From: Paragordius varius | Taxonomy: Eukaryota > Animalia > Nematomorpha | Direction of reading: 5' to 3' | DNA length: 64,000 bases | NCBI GenBank assembly: GCA_964247055.1 | Contig: OZ176053.1 | Span: 8,246,001 to 8,310,000 of the forward strand | Shown here: piece by piece, positions 37,901 to 49,499 of the stretch | Layout of the letters: each line of letters starts with the position of its first letter | Position numbering within the stretch: position 1 is the stretch's first letter | The notes under the pieces: model-generated | What the model was told of the DNA's origin: nothing | The model's database searches: none | Seen by the model: the letters and a program-made list of their open reading frames with translations, nothing else | Program-made: the position numbers and the translations under genes

Positions 37901-40900
37901 ATGGGGTCGAAGTTAATTGCCCCGCAGGCAACATTACACCAGAAGATAGTGAAGTGAATGAGGAATAACTATTTTGCGTCTGATTTATATTAAAATAATT
38001 CAATGAAGAAGGAACTAAATATGGATTTGTTTCATTTAAGAAGCCATTATTAGTTATCGTTGATGATGTTTGAAGTGTTGGAGTTGCGGACAAAAAACAA
38101 TTCATGTTATCATTCAATAAATTGGCTGGTATGCCATTCATATAAGAGGGTAAATTAAGGTTAATCTTATTGGTGGGATTATGGTTATGAATATGGCCAT
38201 TGTTTGTGTGTTGCATGAGAACCAAACTATTTTTTAAAGAATCAATCTCTAGTTGAGATTGTTTAGCTCTAAAAGCTAACAAATAACTCTCCTCTTGGGC
38301 CATTTTCGATTTTTCTGCTAGTATTTCTGTAGTTTCTTCAGATTTTTTCTGTGATAAAAGCAAAGTTAGTTTGATAAAAAAATATGCGGTATATGATAAA
38401 GATATAAAGTGTCGAAATAAAAGTTAAATTAATCAAATATATTAATAATTGTTACACTATTCCAACCTACAGTGGCACCCCTATCATGACCCTCCCCCTC
38501 ATGAGCTTTACAGATGAAACAGCGTTTATAAAGTATTTGGCTCATACTGATGATCCTGCACTTTTCCAATTTAAAGTCCTAAATCGTTTTAATGTACATT
38601 CCTACAAGCTTATTAGTTTGTGGTAAGGAGCCCTCATAAAGATTCAAAAACAATCAAATAATCATTACATTTTTTTAAATAATTAATTATAATATTTCAT
38701 GAGAGGAAAGCCGTATATATTCAACCACGGGGTGGATATAAAGGAGTACACTCCATAAGGTGTTCAACAAAGACTGTTATTCATTGATTGTAATAAAATG
38801 GTCAATATTGTTTTGTTTGTCCACATTTATATGTTTATAACTTAATAAATATTTAATATTCAATCTATAGGTTAAAATAAATTAAACTAACTCCATTGCA
38901 AAACAATTTTAATTTATCTAAATATATGTTGTTGTAAGCTTAAGACATCTAATATTAATTTAAAAATATTAAAAAGTTTTGACCAAATTTAAACTAATTT
39001 TGTCGCAAAACATATTAAAAAAATTTTAGCGTCTGACTCCCTATAAAGACCATTAGCTACTTATCATTTTGTTTGGCGCATATATTTTTTGCAAATTTTG
39101 TATTTAATTAAAGTAGTTTAATCCTCAACTATTTTTAAATATTTAATAAACCATTTCCATCTTAAATCTAACAAACGTGATTGCAAAATAAAAATATAAT
39201 CTGTATATTTCTGAATTGTACCAATGCCTTAGTTATTTGATCATTATCCTTTTTCAGTTGTTCCAATTGTTCTTCAAGGTCTTTACGCTTTTTCTCAATT
39301 TCCTCAAGTCTTTCCCGTTCACGTTGTGCCATTTGTTTTAACATCTAAAGAAAATGTCAAATCTATTATTAATCTATAAAACCGAATTCGAAGATAAATT
39401 TAAAAATGTAAAAATTTTTATTGTAATAAAAAAACTCGGATATTCACGGCAAACATTTTATTACAATTATGTTAATTATCAAGTAAAAGTTTTAAAAAAC
39501 GAAAATACCGTAAGTAAGGGTTTTAATCCGTATTCAAAATACGTGAATTATTATATAAAAAGTTGATAATATTCCATAAAAAATAAACTTCACGTCTAGT
39601 CTTTTCTTCTTTAGCTTGAATCTTCATTTGTTGAACTTCCAATGTATCGGGTTTACGTCTTCGCAAAAATAAGTCATGATTCCCAATGCATAATTCTAAA
39701 ATCTATACAAATTATTTTTGAATCATATTCTTAATTTAGTCTGATACAAAAGATTTTTTAAAAATTACAATTTTAATGGTGTGGGTTTTGCTTGCATAAA
39801 ATACGAATGGAGGGCTTTGTTTGTCAAGCAGTTTGATGGTAAACTAATGATGATAAAAAAATTAATCAACGTGTTAGCACAATATCGAATCTCAGATTGT
39901 AATTCAAATAAGCAAATTATAAAAAGTTTAAAAAATTTTTACGATATATTTCTACCCTTTTTCCATCCATAGACACGATTCGTATTTCATTCCAGGGAAA
40001 AAATATTTTAGGTGTCAATTTATTTTCTTTTTCGTAAATGCTTAATCCTAATGCAGAAACACCCAACCAAAGTTCAGTTTTCTTCTTATTCTAAAATAAT
40101 AGAGAAAAATGAGTATAGAATAACACATAAGCTTTAATAAAATATTTTTTTTGGAGACAGATTTTGCTGATAATACATTTTAATAATATATTAATTGAGC
40201 CAAAGCTATAACCACCATGCAATCCTTTGAATCCTTCGTTGCTGCCAATATGGGCGTTGAAATCGCCAGCTATAATGATTTTGTCCGATGTAGGAGTTTT
40301 GAATGAGATGTTTTGAAATTGGGTCCAGAAAGCCTCTTTAATTACGTGGGGAAGACCACGTTGAGGCGCTTACAATGAGATTATATTGTATATTAAATTT
40401 TGTATTAACAATCTGATTTGTATAACTGTCGCTGTGCCTAGTAATTTGAAGAATGTTATCTCTGTGCTCATTTTTTATTATTATTGCAACTCCAGCTTGA
40501 GATTGCTTTCCTTGGGTAAAAAATAATGTAAAGCCTTTTAAATTCTTTAGACCTGATGTTTTATATCTTGTTTCTTGGAGGCAGCATATATCTACGCCAA
40601 ATTTTTCGATTGTGTCTAAAACTATCCATAGTTTTTTGTTCATAGTACCAACATTCCAAGTGCCAATTTTGAGACGCTTAGGGATGGAATTATTTATATT
40701 TATCTTATTATAGTTTCCATATTTTGGTTTAACTTTGGTGTTGTTTGTTGGATGGATTTGTATATTTAATAATCATTATAGCTGGCGATTTCAACGCCCA
40801 TATTGGCAGCAACGAAGGATTCAAAGGATTGCATGGTGGTTATAGCTTTGGCTCAAGAGATAAAAAAGGAGAAACTCTGCTCAAACTTTGCTCATCTATA

Positions 40901-43900
40901 AAACTCCATATTGCTAATACCCTATTCACTAAAAAAGACAGCAAACTGATTACCTATACATCAGGCTCACAAAAATCAAGAATCGATTATATATTAACAG
41001 GAGAAAACCTGAGGCATCTGATTCAAAATACAACTACCTATAATACGGATACACAACACAAATTACTTGTAAGTACATTAAAATAAAAAAAATCAAACTT
41101 ACCAACCATACCAACCCAAAAATACCTCCAAACTAAAACACACAGAAATAAATAATAATTTTGTTAATAGTACAACAAATATAAAAAAATAGATTTTCAA
41201 TCAGTAGAGGAAGGATGGAAAAACTACAAAACGATAATGAATAATGCTGAAAAATGGTGTGGAAGGAAAAAGAAAAGCTCGCGACAACCCAAATGGTGGT
41301 GGGATGACAGTGTGAAACCCTTACTCCTGAGAAAAAACGAGCTACATAAAAAATGGAAGAAATCAAAAAATAATAAAGACCAAATCATATACAATCAATA
41401 TAAAAAACTGGTAAACAAAACTAATAAAGATTTAAAAAGTAAACGTAGTATGGAAATGGCGGACGAGCTGGAAAAAGACATAAATAATATGACAATATTT
41501 AGAAAAATCAAAAACTACAATCAAAACCAAAAGGATATTAAAAATATTCGTTGCGTTAAAGATGATGAACGTAATATTATTATCAATCCCAACGACATAA
41601 TAAACAGATGGGAAAAATTTATGAAAATTAAATTTAACCCCCCTGAATCTAAGGTTACTACACATGAAAATCCTGTCATACAAGGTCCCATTCAGGTATT
41701 CACTCCAGAAGAAATAGCAATAGTAATGAAAAACACGTAATCTAACAAAGCCACTGGGCCCTCTGAGATCTCTGCAGATTTAATGAAGGCCACACCGACA
41801 ACTGTTAAATTTTTGGTAGAGCTGTTTAATTTGGTATACAAAAACAACACAATACCAACCGATTGGGACAAAAGCTACATTTATCCCGTTTATAAAAAAA
41901 AGGGATGCCCTTGATTGCTCCAATTATCGCCCACTAAAACTTTTGGAACACGGTATGAAAGTCTTTGAAACAGTTATCAAAAATAGAATTAAAAATATAA
42001 CAATAAATAAAAATCAATTTGCTTTTCAAGAAAGTAAAAGCACATCGGAACCCATTTTTATTTTAAATCGCATGCAAGAAAAATACCTAGCAAAAGGTCA
42101 AAAGCTGTTCCACATCTTTATAGATCTGGAAAGAGCGTTGTGACACTATACCCAGACACCTCATGATTGAGGCATTAAGGTACCAAAAATTCGAAGAATA
42201 TTTAATAAAATTAATAATGCTCCTGTGTGAACATGCACAAAGCTGCGTTAAAACACCAGTCGGAAACACAAATTATTTTAATATTAATATAGGCCTCCAT
42301 CAGGGCTCAACTCTAAGCCCACTACTGTTTATAATAATAATGGATTATATAAGCAGAGACTTTGCAGCTGTTTTACCATGGAACATGCTGTATGCCGACG
42401 ATTTGGTTATAACAGCAAAAACATCACATGAACTGAAAAGTTCATACCTCAAATGGCATACCTGTTTCCAAAAACATGGGCTAAAAATAAACATAGGAAA
42501 GACGAAGGTAATGATCACAGGAGATGAAAAAAGAACCATAAAATACCCTTGTTCCATTTGTTACAAAGAGGTTAAAACAAATTCCATTCTATGTACATCG
42601 TGTAAAATGGGCTCATAAAAAATGCTCTAACTTGAAAGGAAAATTAATTGACAATAAAAATTTTATATGCCAAAGCTGTATATCAGGGAAACCAAACATC
42701 CCTAAATAAAGGGAGTTTAGTATAGAAAATTTTAAAAATCGTGAATGATTTTACCCATTTAGGTAATAGTAATAATAATGGGGACCCTCAAACAACCATA
42801 TCACATAGAATCAAACTCGGCTGGGCAAAATTTAACCAACTCAAATATGTATTAACACATAAAGACATAACCGTAAAAAATAAAATCAAAATGTGTAGAG
42901 TGGGTGTCCGCCCTACCCTTAGCCTGCGAAACCTGGGCAATCACAAAAACATTAGAATCGAGATTGAAAAGAACGAAAGACAAAATGCTAAAATATATGA
43001 TGATAAATTCTAGAACTAGAACCAATAACAGCTTTTATCAGAACAAATAGACTTCGGTGTTTTGGACACATAGACAGATCCAGTATAGACTCACCTGCAA
43101 AGGAAATTCTTGATTTACAGATTTCTGCCCCCAACCGTAAAGGGAGGCCTAAAACAACTTGGACTCAAATCATAGAACAAGACTTTAAATTCCTGAACAT
43201 ACCTCGAAACGCAACAAATGATAGAGACATATATCGTAAATTAATCCATGGAATCCCAATAACTGGGCCAAACCAATAATACATATTAATTTTAAGGACG
43301 CAAAATATTTAAAAGTATTTATTGAATGCGTTGTGAAGCCGATAAATATAATATAAATTGGGTTACATTAAATTGGATTATAAGCATTAATGAAAATTTC
43401 AATGAATGATGTGTCGATTCCTTTTTAGATCTATTCGATTTCATTACATAATATAAAGCTTTAAAACAGCTCCAATGTGATTGATAAAGGCTAACAAAAA
43501 AACACGGAAATTTGCCTTTCAAGCTTCCAGAGCTGACACAATTTTTAAAACACCAACAGGGGGACCTACCTATGAAACTTAACCAATTTATCGATTAAAA
43601 ACAAAATACAGGTATTTTTCGTACTGTTTACAATAAATGACATTTAGAGCAAAGATTTTCGAACAATGGAAATTATTGAAACCCGTATACTTACTTAAAT
43701 TAATTGTTCCAGTATTTATGTAAAAAATGAAAAATATTTGTCTATATTCTTTTTATTGTTAAAATTGTTAAAATTGGCTTTTATTATGCTAAATATTCGA
43801 CCATTCATTTATTACAAAAAATAAAATAGAGATAGCCATTATAATTCATTGCTCATAATAAAATGACAAAATGTTTTACTAGATAAAAATATTATTACAC

Positions 43901-46900
43901 ATGTTGATTATCTGATAAAACACAATTAAACAAACAATAAATCACCTATTTAGAAATATATAACTTGGATATTGTTAATATGCACACGCATATATAATTT
44001 AGTAATTTGATAAAAGGTTTGCCAAATAAGAATTTATAACTAGAGAATGATATAAATACGTTATAGTATTTGGTCAATGAAGACCATATGTAAGGATGGA
44101 ATATTTGAAAGGCAAAAAAGCTAGTAACTAATTAAACAAACTTACAAATATATTGAAAAACACGATTCCATACATATCCAAATCTTGTGCTATCTTTAAA
44201 TATTCCAATTCGGCGTCTTCCCTAAAATATTAAAAAAAAAATTAGGGATGATAACGAAAATTAAATGATTAAAAATAGATTTTAAGCACGCTAGCACCAT
44301 TTTTAAAGATTGATAACATTAGTTATGTCACGTTTGTATTTAGCCATATATATACTAACGTTATTAAAACCAATTTATTTTTAAAAAACGAAATAACTCG
44401 AAAAAATTTATTTTTATATTTTTAATCGCATATATATCTAATATAGGGTAATATAAATAAATGATTGTCACGAAAAAACAAATGAATATCCAAAAAGAAA
44501 AAAATGATTAACAAGCACATGGTATAATCTTATATGTGTAAGTAGATTCAACAGAAAGGATTCATCAAGGGTCGTTATTTAATAAATATTATTTAACAAG
44601 TGCTAATCATTTTTTATTTTTGGTATTCATTTGTTTTTCGTGATGATCATTTATTAAACTTGCTGTAAATAATATTTTTAATCTCAATGTTTTTGGAACA
44701 TTAAATTTTGCATGACAATTTTTTTTTCAGTTTTGTTGCGTATAATTTTGGATATTTTTTCTGACCCTAAAACTTTTTCTGTACATTACATAAATGAGCA
44801 CACTAAATAACCAATACTCAATCATTATTTAGTTTAGTTGATTACAAAATGTAAGGACTAAAAATGTTAAAAGTGTATATATATCATACCTCGGCATTCC
44901 CTTGTGATGTTCATACCAGAGTTTAATTCTATCTTCCCACATTTCAGTCGACATTTGAAATTGATTGAGGACACGGGTAGGCAATTCCACAATAGCTTGT
45001 GAGACATTACTTTGATTAGCTTCTCCTCCCTTATACATCATATTAGCAGCCTTTATTCGTTGATGATAAAGTAATTGTTTTTTAGCGTTGTCCGAGGTAT
45101 CTTTGGAATCTTGGCTGTTTTCTTTAACTGAATTATTATTATTATTTGTATCAAATGATGAAAATCTGGATGGATCAATATCACCATACTAAAGAGGAGA
45201 AATAGAAAATATATATATATAAAATGTTATAATATCCATTTCTAAATATATGTAAAATTGAATTTTGTGAGAGAAAATTTGTATATTTAGCCATCAAGAT
45301 AGGTGTTGTTTTAACGTTTAAAAACTTGAATCAGTAAAATATATGAACTTTTAAAATATTGAGATATATAATTTATAATTGAATATTTTAATCCAAGATA
45401 TTAATTAATTTTAAATTTGTTATTTTATGAAATAGTTATCAAATTACAAAATCTCATTTACAATTCAAAAAATCTATATTTAATTTTTCATAATTTGGTT
45501 TCGATCTCAAGAATAAACATGTGTATTTGAAATTATTATAATAAAAGTTTATAAACAGTGTTTTAATATGGCATAACTTTCGTATATCACAGGGCTTCTT
45601 GGGTCGCGAGCGAAGCAAAATTATGGGATCGCGATGATAAAATTAAAATTCAACAAAAAATGTTTTTTAACTCGTAAAATCTATATATTTATAAAAATGG
45701 AAAATGCGGCTTTGTGATCTCTTTCCGGTAAACCGGTAGACCCATTCAAATCCAAATGTCGAAAAAATATATTCATTAATGAATGCCCTGACAATAAACC
45801 CTTTTTTGAATAAGGCCCCCAGTTCGGGCCCATCCCGTGTAAAAAACGGTTTTTTTGAAAACAGAAATCCACAAAAATCGTGTCTTTGAGACAATTTTCC
45901 TGAAAACGTGTTGGACCGATTTCAAATATATTTTTTACTTTTTTTTTAATTGCGCCGAACATAGTCGGCTCGCTTTTTTAATTTAAGCCCTCTTTTTACC
46001 CGCTCCCCCTGTAAAATGTTATTTTTTCAAAAAAAACTAAGTCACAAAAATAATTTTTTGAATCTATTCGCTTAAGGTATGAGACCCTAAAAATTCAATA
46101 AATATTCCAGGTATTCCCTGTTAAGGCAAATATTTTAGTCGAGCGTTTTTTTATATTGACTGCTGGGTAAGGAGATACCCGCTAAAAACTGCCCCGTCAA
46201 GCGTGCCTTTGGGGCTAAATTCAAACCTATCAGGCCATATGAGTTCCATAGGTGCTTAAAATATTACCCATAACAAGGCAGAAATTTAGGTCGTACGATT
46301 TTTTAAAATTAGCCGTTAATTAGGCCCTTCACGCCCTGAAAAATACGCCACTATAGGATGATTTTTTAGTTTTAAGGCAATTTTTCCAAAAACTAATGAG
46401 AGCATATGGAATTTATAATGATTCCAGGCATTCTCCGTAAAAAGGCAAAAATTTTAATCAAGCGTTTTTTTGTATCAGCCTTTGGAGAAGCTACCCGCCT
46501 AACTGCGCCATCATATGGAAATTGCGTTGTTTAGGAGTTAATTTTTAGAAAACTCTTCAGGCCATAGAAGTTTAATGAGGGCCTAAATTATTACCCGTAT
46601 AAAGGCAAAAATTTAATTTCTTTAAATTAGCGGTTAAATGGGCCCTTTACGCCCTAAAAAATGCGCTATCATTTAACTATTATTTAGTTTTGAACTTCCA
46701 AAAACTATTAAGAACATATGGATTCAATTATGATTCCGGGTGTTTCCCTATAAAAGCAAAAATTTTATGGAACGTCTTTTATATTGGCTTCTGGGTTAGG
46801 GGTTACCCGCCTTTAAACTGCATCACCATATCGATACAGCGTGACTTTGGAGGCAAATTTTAGAAAACTTATCAGGCCATATGAATTCAATAAGGGCTTG

Positions 46901-49056
46901 AAGTATTACCCGTTAAGCAGTGCGATTTTATTAAATTAACCCTTAATTAGGCCCCTGCCCTGAAAAATTCGCCACCATAGAATGACTTTTTGGTTTTGGG
47001 GCACCACGAGAGCATATGGAATCAATCATTCCAGGTATTACCCGAATTAAGGCAAAAAATGTAATCGAGCGTTTTTTTGTTTAGTCCCTGGTTAAAGGCT
47101 ACCCGCGTAAAATTGCGTCACCATCTCGATACAGCATGCTTTTGAAGCCAAATTTCAGAAAATTTATGAGTCTAATGGAAATTAATGGATTCCATGATAA
47201 TTCCAGATATTCGCCATATGAGGGCAAAAATTTTAACAGCGCTTTTTTATACCTGCCCTGGGTTAGGAGCTACTTGCCAAAAACTTACTATATAGAAATT
47301 GCTTTGTTTTGGAGCTAATTTACAGAAAATTTATGAAGCCCTATGAACTCATTAAAAGTTTGAAATATTATCCGTAACTAGGTAAAAAAGTCAGGCGTTT
47401 TTTTATTTTGGGGCCTTTATGCCCTAAAAATACGCCATCATATAACGATAATTTAGTGTTGAGGTATTTTTTCGAATAACCCATGAGACGATGGTATCAA
47501 AGATGATTCCAAATATTTGCCCTATAAAGGCAGAGCTTTTTCCATATAGGTCTATGGGTGGGGGTCTACCGGTTTAAAGCTAAGATGCCATAAAAAAATG
47601 GCGTGGTATTAAAGCTAATTTTCAAAAAAATTAATAAGCCATACGAGTTCAGTTAACACATTTCTGGAGATTTTGTATAATATCATTCTTTCCTTAAAAA
47701 AGGGACCACCGATCATTATAATATCTTGTATAAATTTACTATGAATCAGAAGATTTAATAGAATTTTATAAAAAATGTAGATTTGTTTTTGTCAATCTCT
47801 TAAAACCGAAATAATCCTGATAAAAATTATCAACAAAATTTCCAAGAGTTTTTCGAATTGTTGGGATCGTTAAGAAACTCGCTATCATAAATGGGGTCGG
47901 GAATTACAAAAGTTTATGAAGCCCTGGCTTATCATATATATTTTAATGGAAATGCTATTTAAAAAATGTATAAAGATCTTGAAAATATGGCAAATATTCA
48001 ATTCTTAAAAAATATATAAGCCTAGGTTTTCTAAGTCGCTTTGATATAAAATAGTTTTGCTTTGCCTTAATGGGTTTTACAATCAGAATTTGGATTTTAA
48101 AAATTCAAATCTATAGTAAATGTGCGAAAATTTTAATTTTTTTTAATTTAAAAATTCAAAAATATTTATATTTTATTTTTTTATGGACAATGCTAAAAAA
48201 ATGTCTTAATCCAAATAAATATCGATTAAAAGCATTCACTCCGAATACCTAAACTAAAATAATAAGATATAGCAGGCTAAATTAAAAACTTTTAAATTAG
48301 ATATCCTGATAAAGGATAAAAAAATTGGTAATTTACAACAATCATTTAAAATTATAATATTTTAGAAGTTCTATATCTTACTAACAAATTAAAGAATAAT
48401 TTTATAATTAATCAAAAATATAAGCAAATATTTTATTTGATATTAAAATATAAAGGCGTACTTTAGATTGCAAAGAATAAGATGCTAAAAGTACAGATGC
48501 TTCAGGTGGGCAATAAATATCCATATTCAATATAGAATGGCATACTTGAAGAAAAAGAAAGTGTAATGTAATGGGCTGAAAAATTTCTTCAATATCTTCG
48601 GGATAAAATTTGACCAAAAACTCAAATGAATAAAATTGCACATTGTAATCATCATATTTTTCGTGAGTCTGTATATTTGAAAAACTTGATGATTTTTTTC
48701 TATTAAGGGTAGCTGTTTCATGAACATTTAGAGTCGAGTGTTTTAATCTGCTACATTGCTCAATAATCTTTTATAAAAATAAAAAAACTACTTTTTTATT
48801 CATTTTCAACCAGGATATATCTCCATTTTTATCAGTGTATTGCAGGCCAAAATACCATGTTTCGCGAATGCCTAAAATCTTGCATACTGATTCAAATAAC
48901 TCATGACCTTTTGCTTTAGACTCTAAATAAATATATACTTACGTTTATATTGAAATCTAGCTCAGATTCAAAGGTCGAGACATATATTGGTAAAGTTTTT
49001 TCTTTTTGCCTTTTTTTCAATGTGAACCAGGACCTATTACCATTTATATCATTCAT
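34925..49056 (-). CDS. NF2: Merlin / neurofibromin-2 (FERM protein), 16 exons, ~950-960 aa
   Basis: Exons (-): 49056-48943, 48920-48792, 48668-48462, 45188-44890, 44221-44146, 40090-39956, 39843-39769, 39702-39589, 39344-39222, 38348-37898, 37661-37161 (or 37122), 36717-36524, 36369-36228, 35824-35749, 35421-35262, 34975-34925. Merlin features: N-terminal extension with basic [42 protein letters not shown] (Blue box region), [25 protein letters not shown]-terminal [10 protein letters not shown]. Several exon sizes (114, 207=123+84, 76, 135, 75, 114, 123 nt) match human NF2 exon sizes as I recall them. Confidence 0.95.
40195..43282 (+). mobile_element. Decayed RTE-clade LINE (APE endonuclease, RT, Cys-rich insert) with an inverted 5' segment, antisense in merlin intron 5
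   Basis: Endonuclease N-terminus on the - strand ([28 protein letters not shown], ~40690-40195). The rest is on +: [79 protein letters not shown], terminal RKGRPKTTW. Several stops and frameshifts. Confidence 0.9.
45680..46068 (+). mobile_element. 5' part of the same non-autonomous Helitron as 18280-18837
   Basis: A|TCTATATATTTATAAAAATGG, then colinear similarity (ccccagttcgggccca, aatccacaaaaatcgtgtctttgagacaatt, ttgcgccgaacatagtcg, ctctttttacccgctcccc) to about 46068. No 3' hairpin or CTAG end found. Confidence 0.85.
46104..47650 (+). repeat. Diverged tandem satellite; ~310-bp unit built from two related ~170- and ~140-bp monomers
   Basis: attcc(a/g)g..tatt...aaggcaaaaattt motif recurs at 46104, 46421, 46733, 47028, 47200 and 47506 (spacings 317, 312, 295, 172, 306). 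A related tattacccg..aaggca motif occurs mid-unit. Confidence 0.85.
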
Positions 49057-49499
49057 ACGAACGACACATGTAAAGATCTAAATTAAAATATTTTGATCTC
49101 TTAGAATAAAAAAATTATTAATACTTCGATACAAATTGAGAACTTGCGACTTCAAACCATATTTAGTTAAATTTATTTAAAAATTAATGAAAGGCGTGGA
49201 TTCAAATTAAATTGATCCTCATAAAGCCGACAAATAAAGTACTTTTGTTGTGAAAGGTATTTTAGTCAAAGAAAATTATATTTTTACAGTTTTCTGACTT
49301 CTAAATTCTAAAATTGGGACAACATTAATTTAAATGAATAAATTTCAGGTTTGTGATGATAAAATGCAACCTGGAAGCTTGTTAAAGTTATTCACATTTT
49401 CAAACCATAATATAGATTTATTTGTCTAATGTATTAGCGAATTACACTGCTGGAAAAAATATCGCGCCGACCTACAATGTTTTTGCAGCCGGATTTTAA

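Larger units (their letters stand above)
45590..47926. mobile_element. 2.3-kb hAT-like non-autonomous element enclosing a Helitron fragment and a satellite array, in merlin intron 3
   Basis: Perfect 9-bp TIR CAGGGCTTC (45590-45598) / GAAGCCCTG (47918-47926). The 8-nt flanks gtatatca and gcttatca match at 6/8, consistent with an aged 8-bp TSD. Confidence 0.55.

Noticed and set aside
46104-47650. CRISPR-like repeat-spacer array
   Set aside because: Eukaryotic context; the units are long, diverged and fully repeated with no unique spacers, so this is a satellite.
48669-48791. Apparent 24-nt intron plus a 33-aa FERM F1 insertion in merlin (acceptor at 48768)
   Set aside because: A better in-phase acceptor (tttttcaaatatacag, 48669) gives a 123-nt intron, a 207-nt exon equal to human exons 3+4 and an almost gap-free alignment.
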